Source: Macrostomum hystrix
Lineage: Eukaryota; Animalia; Platyhelminthes
Length of the DNA: 64,000 nucleotides
NCBI GenBank assembly: GCA_950097015.1
Contig: CATNEN010000031.1
Span: 62,001-126,000 of the forward strand
Direction of reading: 5' to 3'
In this document: in pieces, positions 49,283 through 60,968 of the stretch
Layout of the letters: every line of letters begins with the position of its first letter
How positions within the stretch are numbered: the first letter of the stretch is position 1
Made by a program: the position numbers and the translations under genes
The notes under the pieces: generated by a model
What the model was told of the DNA's origin: nothing
What the model saw: the letters and a program-made list of their open reading frames with translations, nothing else
Databases searched by the model: none

Positions 49283-50416
49283 CAGATTTGATTCGCGACA
49301 GAAAGTTAGGCTGACTGCGCCGGTGTCTGCCTCCGCCTCCGTACCGGCTCCTCCGACAGCCGCAACTGCTCCTTCTGCCAGCGCAGCAGCAGCTGCTTCA
49401 CTTGCCTCCTCAATCTGCAAGATTGGCCATTGAATCTGAGCGGATGGAGCGGATAGATGCTAAAACAAACATTCAGCTTAAAACCAAACATGTCTTCACC
49501 TAGCGAGCACCTCAGTTTAGAGGCGATTAATATTATCTAACTCAGCAGCAACAGTAGCAGCAGCAGCAGCTATTGGTAAAATTTTTATCGTAGTGGAATT
49601 AGTTACGAGTGTATAAGCCTTAACTTAGTCCCAATCTTTAAGATTGGGCTCAATTATTACTTTTTGTTTATTACTTGCCTATTTTTTGAAAGGGCGTACA
49701 AAATATTTTAAATGCCTTGCTAAGTTAACTTTTTAACGAAATAAACTTCTGTACACATAAAATAGTACAAATTTGAAGACATCACTGTCACTGAAAGCTT
49801 AACTAAAGTTTCCTTGGTGCCACGACCGCATTTTTTGTTTTGCTTCTACGGGTTTAGTACGTGATGTAACACTAGACCTTTCGCAACAATTCAGAAACCA
49901 GAATTAAAACTAAACTAAACTAAACTACATGTAGTTCGAACGAAATTCGATACTGATAAGTAGGTCAATAATATAGTCAATAATTGACTGTATTATTTTT
50001 ATAAAACTTAGACGCAAACTCCAAATGACCTAAAAACTAGCGTTCGTACTTTCCCATTTAACAGTCAACAAATCAACAAAACCCTGAATTTAAAGTGCTT
50101 GTAAAGTACTCCTCATACTCGTAGTAGGCATCTAGTGGATATAAAAACAATTCTAGACAAAGTAAGTAAGGAAAAAATGAACGTGAACTGTCGAAATGCA
50201 CAAGTCAATCAGATACAACCGTGTGCGAATTTCCTACTTAAGTCTTTAGTTAACCTTTAGTTAACTAATTCACAGAATACAGCAAGTGCAACATAAGGGA
50301 CTTTGACGCAAACATTGGGCATCGATGAATTCGGAGCAGATCGAGGCGAAATGCGCATTCAATATCGAGGCGGTTTAGCAACGATACGCTCGTACTTGAA
50401 GGTAGCTCAAATTAAA

Positions 50417-52062
50417 TCAACTACATGGCCTATCGCCAGTGTCATTGCCTGATGCAGCCCTGGCTTTGTCCAGCCGCAATCGTTCGACATAACGTCGAAA
50501 AGACTCCAGCTCCATTCGATCGTCGGGTTCTTCCGCTCTTGCTGCTGCTACGTTACTTGTTCCGGAGCCGTCATCATCGCTGCTCTCAGAATCCCACGCC
50601 GGTCCGCCTCCAATGAACATGTCAGATTTAAGACGTGTCGATGCCAAATCACTGGCAGTGGCGGCAGCCGTCGAGGCACCGGGAGCAGCGGAAGCTGCAG
50701 CAGCTTCTACTCGCAGCTTCTCATACATGGGAGCATAGTCTGTGTAGTACTCTCCAACAGCGTCCCGCACCCGGCTAAGGAAGAGCGGCAGGCCGTCGCC
50801 AGTAGCAGCGCTGACGCCAGCGCAACGAAGGCCGGCATAAAAGCTGTCAAGGATCAGGCTCATCGAGCGGGTCAGATTGCTCAAGTAGCTGCGTTCCTGG
50901 CGAAGAGCCTCCTACAACCCGGGATAAGCGGAGGAGCAAAGGATTTTAATTTGGGTGTAGCGGCTTTTAGCGCGATACGATGGCTGGCCAAATGAAAGTG
51001 CGCTTGTATTTTGAGTGCGACACAATACGCTAGTATACAAATACGGCGAGATGCGATAGACATAATCGATGGAATTTTCCTTTTTTTGCGGCCATAGACA
51101 AAATATTGCGGGGTTTCTGTGGCCGCCAATGTTGTGAAACTTCAGTCAATGGCTTTATGAATAGCTACCCGAATCCCCGTCTTACTACCATGAACAGATT
51201 GAATCAGAGCATGGCGAGAATATTTTTTATAGCCATTGGGGTCAAAGATGATAAATAGTTGAAGTTGAAGTAGAATGCATGCACTTAAATCTTTATGTAG
51301 ACATTCTGAAATGAACAGAAAATTACAAAAAAACGCACCTGAAAAGACTCGAAATCCTGCATCCACTCAATGGCAAAGTCGGCAGACATGATGTCCGTTT
51401 TGTTGAGAGCCAAAACAAATGGCAGCCGAGTTTTGTAAAGAATGCTGCAAGCGTAGAGCATGTTGGACATAAAAGTGACTGGTGAGTGGCTCCGCGGCGT
51501 GTCCATTACATAAACTAGAACGGTTGGCAACTGAGCAGCCAGGGCCTCGGTGATAATTGAGCCGGAAGCAGACCAGGTGAACGCCTCAATTTGGCCAGGC
51601 GTGTCAACTAGCACGAAGTCTATGCTGGATCGGCGCGAATTAATAAGACCAAGCACCTGGTCGAACTTGGTAGCAAACAGGTTCAGGCAGGTTAGGATAG
51701 CTCCATTCGGGCCAAGACGATACTGAGACATCACTTCCTTGTAGTTCACCGTGTCCCGAATGTCAATACTAGCCTGCGTGACAAAATATTTATGCTTCAA
51801 CGCGACAGGACACCAAAACACAGTTTAGCAGAACGAAAAATTAAATACGACCTACCTGATAAGGCACTTGCAACACAGCAGGATCCATATTTATTGGATA
51901 GGTAGGAGAGTTCTGGAACAACAGTTGAGCGTTAAGGCGCTGCACAAAAGTTGTCTTGCCGCTACCGGCCATACCCAGAATTAGCAGGCACACAGGGCTA
52001 TGTGCTGCAGGCTCTACCGTAGCTGGTTCGATCAATGATGCAGCTGGCATTGCTTCAGCCAT
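50417..52062 (-). CDS. GPN1: GPN-loop GTPase 1; exons 52062-51856, 51773-51339, 50911-50417
   Basis: [87 protein letters not shown]. Phase-0 GT-AG introns. Confidence 0.95.
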
Positions 52063-52821
52063 TGTTTTACCAAGTTAGGGCTTATTCAGCTGAAACTGAA
52101 AGCGTAATTAGAATAGCAAAGCAGCTAGAAATTCATTTAAATCTGTTCACTAACTAAACTGTCTACAAACCAACTGTCAGTCGAGCGGAAGGGATCGTGT
52201 TGGGATTCGATGCTTTCCAAAACATATCTATCTGAGTTGAGGCCGAAGAAGAAAACACTCAGGGCAATTATAATGCTAGAATTGCCAAGTTGAAGTTTAC
52301 GTTTTATTTTTAAATAAGTCGGGTCGTGACAGACAAGCTATATATGATATAGCAGATATATAGGTATAAGCAGAGAAAGGGAGATAGAAATTTCGGAATC
52401 GGACACCTTGCAATGCAATTACTAGGTAAATTGCAGACGATATTTAGATTTCAAAGTGTAGTGGTGAGAAGTAAAAGTGCAACATAAAAATTTCCCAGGA
52501 CGTTAGATTGAAACCGCAAGTTAACCAGATACTACTAGAACTAGACTTTTTAAGGCTTTAAATAAAAACTGATGTTAATGTAATGTAATCTAATACCGAG
52601 ACTGATTTTCATAGCTTTATGTTCTATCAGGGGAAACTTTTAAGTAAAAAAAATGAGTAAGGCTGTGCGTATAGGCAACAGATATAAGATAGTCGAGCTA
52701 GGGGTCATTCTGGATAAATGGTAACATTTCGATCTTTAAGGGTCGATAGAGAACGTTAGAGAGAACGTTACTGAATATGCAAACAAGATGTAGTAGTTTT
52801 AGCGGTACAAGATGTAGTCGA

Positions 52822-54129
52822 TTATATGTAAAGACCCTCAGGTGTGCCCTCGTTCTTCCTATACAGAACGTTGTCCTTGGCCTTCTTAAAGTCATCGTTA
52901 GTGACTTTCATACGACGCTCGCGCAGAGCCAGCAGGCCAGCTTCGGTGCAGATAGCCTTGATGTCAGCACCTGATAGCTCCTCCTTGGACATGATGTATT
53001 CCTCCAGATTGACATCATCCGCCAAAGTCATTTTTGAGGTGTGAATGTTAACGATTCGGCGCTTGGTCTTTTCATCAGGCAGGGGAAACTCGATCTTGCG
53101 ATCGATTCGACCTGGTCGGATGAGGGCCGGGTCCAAACTGTCGATACGATTCGTGGCCATGATCACCTTGACGTCGCCACGCGAGTCAAAGCCGTCCAGC
53201 TGGTTGAGCAGCTCAAGCATGGTGCGCTGGATTTCGCGCTCGCCGCCAGAGTTGGACTCATAGCGCTTGGTGCCGACAGCGTCAATCTCGTCGATGAACA
53301 CAATGGATGGCGCGTGCTCTTCGGCTACACGGAAGATTTCGCGTACCAGCTTCGGCCCGTCTCCAAGGTATTTCTGGATAAGCTCGGAGCCGACAACTCG
53401 TAGGAAGGTGGCCGAAGTGGCCGAGGCCACCGCCTTAGCAAGCAGGGTCTTTCCTGTGCCGGGAGCGCCATACAGGATTACTCCCTTCGGTGGCTTGATG
53501 CCCATCTCCTCGTAAAGCTCCGGGTGTGTAAGCGGTAGTTCCACAGACTCTTTGATCTCCTGTATCTGGGTGTCTAAACCGCCAATGTCCGCGTAGGTCT
53601 CTTTTGGTGCTTTATCTAACTTCATCATGGACACCATCGGATCAGCATCGTCAGCCAGCACGCCAACAACGGAGTGCATTTTATGGTTCAGCAGAACTGA
53701 GCAGCCAGGCTCAAGAAGATCTTTGTCAACAAAGCTCAAGACGCTCACGTAGTGCTCAGACCCAACAGACGTGCTCACAATGGCGTGGTTATCGTCAATG
53801 ATCTCTTCAAGTGAACCCACTGACATCGGTGATCCACGAAGATCATCTATCTTGGATCGCTCTTCTTCATTTTTTTCCTCGTCTGTCTTTAGGCGCTCCT
53901 GGTTCTTAATGAATTCCTCCTCCATCAGCAGGTAGTCTTTGATGCGCTCGAGTTTCAGCAGGCGCAGCTTGCATCGTGTATGCGGCGTTACAGTCGGCAA
54001 TCGATCAGCCGAATCTGGGCCACGAGATTTTTTTTTCTTGCCAATGCGAGTTGGCACGGGTGGCTCATACTTCCGCTTCTTCTCCTTGTCCTTATCGCCA
54101 CTCTGGCCTTGCTGTGACTGTCGCTGCCC
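52822..54129 (-). CDS. PSMC1: 26S proteasome AAA-ATPase subunit Rpt2
   Basis: [59 protein letters not shown]. The exon begins after ttccag| at Gly2; the initiator Met is not adjacent. Confidence 0.97.
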   Translation of the reverse strand, partial: GQRQSQQGQSGDKDKEKKRKYEPPVPTRIGKKKKSRGPDSADRLPTVTPHTRCKLRLLKLERIKDYLLMEEEFIKNQERLKTDEEKNEEERSKIDDLRGSPMSVGSLEEIIDDNHAIVSTSVGSEHYVSVLSFVDKDLLEPGCSVLLNHKMHSVVGVLADDADPMVSMMKLDKAPKETYADIGGLDTQIQEIKESVELPLTHPELYEEMGIKPPKGVILYGAPGTGKTLLAKAVASATSATFLRVVGSELIQKYLGDGPKLVREIFRVAEEHAPSIVFIDEIDAVGTKRYESNSGGEREIQRTMLELLNQLDGFDSRGDVKVIMATNRIDSLDPALIRPGRIDRKIEFPLPDEKTKRRIVNIHTSKMTLADDVNLEEYIMSKEELSGADIKAICTEAGLLALRERRMKVTNDDFKKAKDNVLYRKNEGTPEGLYI

Positions 54130-55314
54130 CTGGAAGACAACAGGTGACTTTTCTTTTTCAATTGTCGAAAATTTTTACAAACTTAAGTATAAAGAAAGTT
54201 AATTTTTACATATATAAATTGTTTAGGGTTATGAGATTTTGAAAGTTAATTGACTTTTTCACCACAAGCCTTAAGTGTAGAGGCTGGATGCTACATTCCA
54301 CTGTATAATATAGTATATATATTATACTACTAAATACTAAATATTTTCAGTACACTAAATTTCAATCACTGAATTAAGTCAAACAGTCCAGTGCTAGGAA
54401 GCATTTAGGGGTTAAATTGATTCAGCTACACTGAATCTGAATCGACCCTTTAACTATTAGGAACAATGATTTAACAAAACAAGAGTTAATAAATCATTTT
54501 ATAAAGGTTACAACAATCGAAATGTTGACTAGAATACATATTAAATCAAACTGATGAAGACTTAGTTTACAAAAGCATTACTAAATCTGGGTATTCTAGA
54601 ATTTAACTTTCAAATCATGAATACATGTAAGTACTAAATGACAAAATTCAATGCTAAACCTAGAATTTATGAGACTAAAAAAATGTTTAGACACTAACTT
54701 TACTTTGTTATAGGATGCATCATCCCAGGTGGACCATTGATTCCATAAGCCCCTTGCAGGAAAACGCACACTATCTCTTTCTTTCTATTAATATGTTAAC
54801 AATAATGTATCAATATTACTTATTATATAATAGTAAAAATAATAAGAACAATATTTATAATCATGTATCTATATCATAAACTATCGACAAAAAGGATACA
54901 CATGTGACCAAACATTTTAAATAAATAGGCAAAGTTCTTTAAAGCCAAACCAGAATTTTAATAGTAAAAGAAAAGTGTAACTTAAATGCAACAAACAAAT
55001 CCTGCATTGAAGCAAATCGTTTGTTAATTTATTTGTAAGTTTTTATAATAATTTATTAAATTTTATTAAATTTATTAAATTTATAATAATTTATTAGTAA
55101 TAATTTATATTATTAAAATTAGTTGAATGACACTAATTTTCACTTGTATTTTTTCATTAAAAACTAGGAGCAAATCTACTAATCTAGTTCAGAGCAAGCC
55201 AGCTCACTGGCCTTATAAGTATGCTAAGTTAGTTAATAGTAAATCAGCTGAATGACTCAACCAAAAAAATACTGCCAAGTAGCTAAATCCCCATTCAGAA
55301 TCAGTGAGTTGTTA

Positions 55315-57976
55315 TCTATATATATAAAAGTGAAAACTCTGTCTGTCTGTGTGTGTGCAACCTTTTGTCTTTATAGACGCCGAAACCGCTCAACCAAATC
55401 GCACCAAACTTTGCACATACCTAAAACCACCTACGCTGAGTGCAATAGGCTACTCAAATTCCTGAAAAATAATTTCCTTCCTGCTCAAAAGTGCAAAAAA
55501 CTGCCCAAAAATCGTCAAAAAATCACTCAATTCGACATATTGTCGCCCCACTTTGTCAGATTTTCTCCAAATTTGATTCACTTACACTTTACAAGTTTTC
55601 CAACAATGCTGTCAATTTTGAACATCTCTACTCAATCCAGAGCAAAGCTGCATCATCTCAAAGTGAGTCACTTTTTGTTTTCCGAGGACAGCCACCCCAA
55701 CTCCCCTCCACCACTCTGCGGGCCAAATTTTATTACAGCCACCCCCTCCCTTCCCCGGGCGCCGAAGCCCCAGACTGTACATTGTATTTCAAGCCGTGAA
55801 TGTACACAGCCCAAACCCCTAGACTGTCTACTGGCCCCCAAGCAGCACTGAGACTGAGTGCGGTGAGTGCGGTGGCGTCCCAGTGCGCAGGGCTCTCCGG
55901 TCGATATTTCTCTCCAGCCAGCCTGGGATAGAAGAAAGAGAGAGGCTGGCATACAGTGCTTTGCTAAAATATACAGAGGCTTAGCCTCTCCCACTGAAGA
56001 GAAGAGAAAGAGTTTTCAACACAGGTCCCCTGTCATTCAGACTACTTCTAACTTTCAGATGCCACCTAAGAAAAGTTTTTTAAGTCACTTGACTAAAGCA
56101 GCTCGACGAGCAACAGCAAGGCCAAACAATGCAGTAGAAGACGGCGCAACAACAGCAGCACCAAGACCAAGCACCTCAGCACAGCCACAAGCAGCTTCAA
56201 GTGAAAATGAAGCTGAGCCAGTCCAGCCTTATAACCTTCGACCTCAGACAAGAGCACAGACATCAGGCACCAGTGGAAGCAGTGCTGGAGCTGCAATAAG
56301 TTCTACAGCCAGTCACGGCAGAGACGTAGATAGGCGATGAGAGCTTAACAGAGAGCGAACTGCCGAGGCCCATTGCAATGAGACTGCAGTCCAGACACAG
56401 CAGCGCCAAGAACAGAACAGAGACCGGACTGCCGAGGCCCGTCGCAATGAGACTGCAGTCCAGATACAGCAGCGCCAAGAACAGAACAGAGACCGGACTG
56501 CCAAGGCCTGTCGCAATGAGACTGCAGTCCAGACACAGCAGCGCCAAGAACTGGACAGAGACCGGACTGCCGAGGCCCGTCGCAATGAAACAGCCAACCA
56601 GGCTGAAGTGCGTTGGCAGGATGATCGAGAGCGGCATAGGGAACGCGCTGAGACCTTCCAATTTGTTGGACCACCCCCGGCCCCAACAAACCCCAACGTT
56701 GACGAACCTGATCAGCCAGCTGGCCCACGTCCTTGGGCACTGAATGCGGCTCTGAGTTATGATCCCACTGTTGTCTATGGTGTCCATCCTAAACTTGCGA
56801 TGGCGAGAATGTCGGTCAAATGCGCACGCTGCAATGCATTAAGATGGGCCAACGAAACTCCAGGCATGTGCTGTTCCAACGGAAAGGTCAGACTTGAACC
56901 TTTGAACGAGAACCTGCCACCATGCCTTCGGCATCTGTTGCTGGGTGAGACAGAAGAATCTGAGCACTTTCTGTCTAATATCCAGTGCTACAACAGCTGC
57001 TTTCAAATGACTTCTTTTGGAGCTAAAAGTATTGTCTGTGAGCCAGGGTTCATGCCTGCATTCAAAGTCCAAGGTCAGGTGTACCATGACATAGGATCAT
57101 TGCTACCACTGCCTGGAGAGGAGCCAAAGTTCCTGCAGATCTACTTCATGGGAGATCATCAAGAGCAGGTTGAGCGCCAATGTAGAATCGCTCCAGGAGT
57201 GCGTGCCAACATTGTATTTGAGTTACAGGAAGTCCTGCACGAGAAAAGTCCTGCACGAAGGCTCAGGGACAGTCTCTGAAGGTGGCTGGCATCAACCTGG
57301 AGACTCCTTGCTTCTCGCATGGTCTCTTATGTCGCCTGCTCCTGTGTTGGAACTCCAGCTGGCCTATTCATTTTCGCACCAAGGGGAAGAACGAAGAATG
57401 TGGTGTATCCCCAGGCCTTGAGGTGACTGGCAAGCAATTAATAGAAAAGTAGTCACGAATTGACCTTGACCTGTCTAACTCTGAACTCTGAAACAGTTTA
57501 ATTTTGTTTCTTTGACATTGTTATTGTTATGCCATGGCTATTTTCCTTATGTATACGTGTGTACATGCATACTGTATACAGAGGCAGATTTAGGGGGGGG
57601 CAAGGGGGCAGTTGCCCCCCTAAATTTTAATCATGGGAATAAGATGCCCCCACCAGGGGCGCCAGCCGCAGCACTGGCGCCCCTTTTCGGCCGCTGGCGC
57701 CCCTTTTTCAGCCGCTGGCTCCAATTTTTCCTGCCACTGACTGTATAGAGGAGTGGCTAAGAGACATGTTTCTAAAGAAGTAATCAAGAGGGGGCTGTTT
57801 GGACAAACTTTTCACTTATTTTTTACTTAAAACACCCTTAAACAAACTCTTCACTTTTCATTAATGCAGTAAATAAATAAATGGTGACCTTCACTATAAA
57901 GTTAATACAGAGACGTGAATTGCTGACTGCTTAGCTTTAAATTTCTGCCCCAAAAACAACAGGCAAAAAAAGCTAG
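55315..57976 (+). mobile_element. Internally deleted Helitron (family A, copy 2)
   Basis: A|TC start and CTAG|T end. Frame 56059-~57240 (one stop at 56338) encodes the N-terminal region (CARCNALRWANETPGMCCSNGK, YNSCFQMTSFG, FKVQGQVYH, FLQIYF), joined to the last helicase residues KAQGQSLKVAG..SRR. Confidence 0.93.
57579..57739. mobile_element. hAT-like MITE nested in Helitron A copy 2 (shorter version)
   Basis: Same insertion as 7938-8214. TSD ACTGTATA at 57571-57578 and 57740-57747. Confidence 0.8.
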
Positions 57977-58399
57977 TGAGATTATATTTCAAAGCAGCCA
58001 AGACTGATATTAGATAAAGACTGCTGAGCTGCATTTGCTAATATTTTCAGTTTTCAGATTATCAGTTAACAGCATAACTATTTTCACAAATTTGCTTTGA
58101 AATTAGGGTTATACTGCTTTTAAGGTATGGCTAAGCTGCTTTGAGATTCTCACAAAGGGCAATAATTTCATGGATAAACAACTTTAGGAATTTTTAAATG
58201 CAGAAAGATGATCATACAAATCTGCTACATATGAGTAGGCTACTGTTATTACTTCTTTTCTCTTTCCATATGTGTAGGTTTTGCTTAACTGGTTAAGTTT
58301 TTAAGTTCTTATGATTTTAATGCTTGTAGGGTTTGCAATACTCAGATCATAGAGCCAAATCCTGCAATCATTGGGCCATATTCAAGGATTTGAATCCAA

Positions 58400-59470
58400 A
58401 TCCAGAGTTTGAATCATGGCAAAACCAGAGTTTGAATCATGGCAAAACCAGAGTGTGAATCATGGCTAAAACAGAATTTGAATCAATTTTTCTTTTGACA
58501 TTGATTTGAATTCTCTACATTTTGATTTTGTTATCCTATAACGTCATAATGATATATATTTATATATCATAATAATTTTGCTTAATATATTTATTTGTTT
58601 TTCTTCTCAATTTTCTACAAAAGCAGCTCGGGAACATTGTCAACTGGGGAACATTGTCAACAGGGGATCATTGTCAACTAGGTGATCATCATCAACTGGG
58701 GGATAATTGTCAACTGGGGGATCATTATCAACAGGGGATCACTGTCAACTAGGTGATCATCATCAACTGGGTGATCATCAACTGGGGGATCATCATCAAC
58801 TGGGTGATCATTGTCAACTGGGGGTTTATTGTCAACTGGGGGATCATCATCAAATGTATCATTGTCAACTGGGTGATCATCATCAACTGGGGGATCATCA
58901 TTAATGGGGAGTCATCATCAAATGGGGTATCATCATCAGTGGGGAGTCATCATCAAATGGGGGATCATTGTCAACTGGGGTATCATTGTCAACTGGGTGA
59001 TCATTGTCAACTTGGTGACAATCATCAACTGGGGGATCATTGTCAACTGGTGATCATCATCAACTGGGTGATTGTTGTCAACTGGGTCATATATGCGCAA
59101 CCTCCCAAATCTTAGCCGGCCGTGCGACTTAGTTTTTGCTCTAGTTATGACTTAGTTTGTTTCATTGCTCTATTTGCGACTTAGTTTGCTCTCATTTGCT
59201 CATCTCATCTTTTTCTCTCCCTTCTTTCCTTTTCTTCACGCCTTCCTTTTTTGTCCCTTGGTCCCCCCTTTGATTTTTTTGCGCTTGGTTGATTGGTTTT
59301 TGCGACTTACCTTGCTTGGCCCTCGTTTCACCCGGCCGGTTTGGCCGGGTCGGCCGGGTGTTGCGCATGTATGAACTGGGTGATCATTGTAGCTTAAAAA
59401 AGCTGAAAATACAGCTGGTAAAAAGTATATACTAGACGAATTAAAATTATTTCTGCTCCCCGAAGGTCTG
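58400..59470 (+). mobile_element. Helitron family B internal/3' segment with 23-bp and 18-bp arrays
   Basis: Same order as 9890-10640: 23-mer array, CTTCTCAATT.TCTACAAAAGCAGCT spacer, 18-mer array, then AAAGCTG..AAAAGTATATACT..ATTTCTGCT.CCC. The terminal CTAG is lost. Confidence 0.75.
59088..59373. mobile_element. 286-bp MITE inserted in the 18-bp array
   Basis: TIR CATA(T/C)ATGCGCAAC. 8-bp duplication AACTGGGT (59080-59087 and 59374-59381). Confidence 0.72.
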
Positions 59471-59890
59471 CTTATATATACTAAAAATGAAATGGTTGCT
59501 TGGTTGCTTAGTTGGTTGGTTGCTTGGTTGGTTGGTTGTAATTGATTTTCTCCCAAACGGCTCAACCAATTTTCACCATTTCTTCACCAAAAGATGCCAA
59601 ATATAGGGACAATTATACACATATTTTTATTAAGCTTAACTTTATTGCTAAGGGGATTAAATATTCGAAAAACTGTTTTAGATAGGATGTTTGATGCATT
59701 ACATCAGAGCCAGTTTTGTCAATGTGCATAACACTGCCAATTTTAATGATTGCATCAGGGCCAGTTTTGTTAGAAGTGGGGGATAAGAATTGATAAGAAT
59801 TGCACTGTGTCAAATGTACATAGCTGTGTCAACCCCACTGGCGAGACAAGTCAGTGCAAATTTATAAGATTACATCACAGCTTTTCTCAC
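59471..59890 (+). mobile_element. Helitron family B 5' portion
   Basis: CTTATATATACTAAAAATGAAATGGTTG.., similar to 7151-7545. Confidence 0.7.
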
Positions 59891-60443
59891 CTGCATGTGT
59901 GTGTTTGTTTGGAATAGGTAAAATGTGCATAGCAGATTTCAATTCAACGATATATTGCTCAATACTAACGAGACATCTACTCTTTTCTTACTACAACAAT
60001 AATAAATCATCAAACCTTGTCTTAATTAAAGTTTAATCCTATTTATTTGCAATGCCATTCTTTTACAAATAAAACACCCTACCAATTTTTTCTTTTGAGA
60101 TTCTTAAAGATTTATTTAAGATTCTTTACTTAATTCTTTATGTACCACAAAGTGGGGTCATCCTGTGATAGATAGGGGGCCTAGTGATAGGGAAATTATT
60201 CCATAAAGTGGTTGTAGTTGGAACAAAAAAGTTTCCTGTTTTGAACTCAGCACCCCTAAAAACATTTATAGAAAACTGAATTTATTTACCTACTTTAACT
60301 GGAATAATTTTTATAGGATTAAAGTTCAAAAAGCCCTAAAGTAACTCATAGACATTTGGAGTCTTAGCCTCCAAGAGTTGTCTAGTTTTCCCACAGCATG
60401 CCAGTGGTCTTTTCTATATGCTTCTGGATAACTTTCACCAGCC

Positions 60444-60968
60444 ATCATGAACTTTCCCGCATTTAATTATTTTTTATCTTGTTTGTAAATTTCCAGCTTT
60501 GAAGACATTAAAGACATGGCCGGAAGACCTGCCACACCAACAACTATAGTCGAGCCAGCCGATGTTCTTCCTGCCATTGAGCTGAGCGAGTTGGACCTCA
60601 ACCACCGTGAGCTAGCCCTGCTGACGGATGACACAGCAGTCCAGTGGCTGGCACGGCACGGACTTCTGCGGAACAGCATCGACTGCCCGAACTGTGCTAC
60701 CGCAATGTCCTTTCAACGTCGGGCCGGCTGCGACTACACTGACGGCGTGTGCTGGTCCTGCAAAACATGCCGACGCCATCGTTCTATACGGCAGGACAGC
60801 TTTTTTGAGGGCAGCCACCTTAGCCTGGTTCAGCTCTTTATTAACTAATAATCGTGGTACCTAGTGTTTTTTATGCCCCTGAACTTTAATAATACTAATT
60901 TTCATCACCCCGCACTTAAAGGTTACGAAAAAGATAAAAAAATAATTAAACGCGGGAAAGTTCATGAT
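60444..60968 (+). mobile_element. Merlin/ISXO2-like transposon remnant
   Basis: WLARHGLL..CPNCATAM..DGVCWSCKTC..SIRQDSFFEGSHLSL zinc-ribbon N-terminus. ~45-bp IR (60444-60488 vs 60923-60968). No TSD seen. Confidence 0.7.

Noticed and set aside
53041-53801. Plus-strand ORFs opposite PSMC1, kelch, Gypsy and LINE
   Set aside because: Antisense shadows of GC-rich coding sequence.
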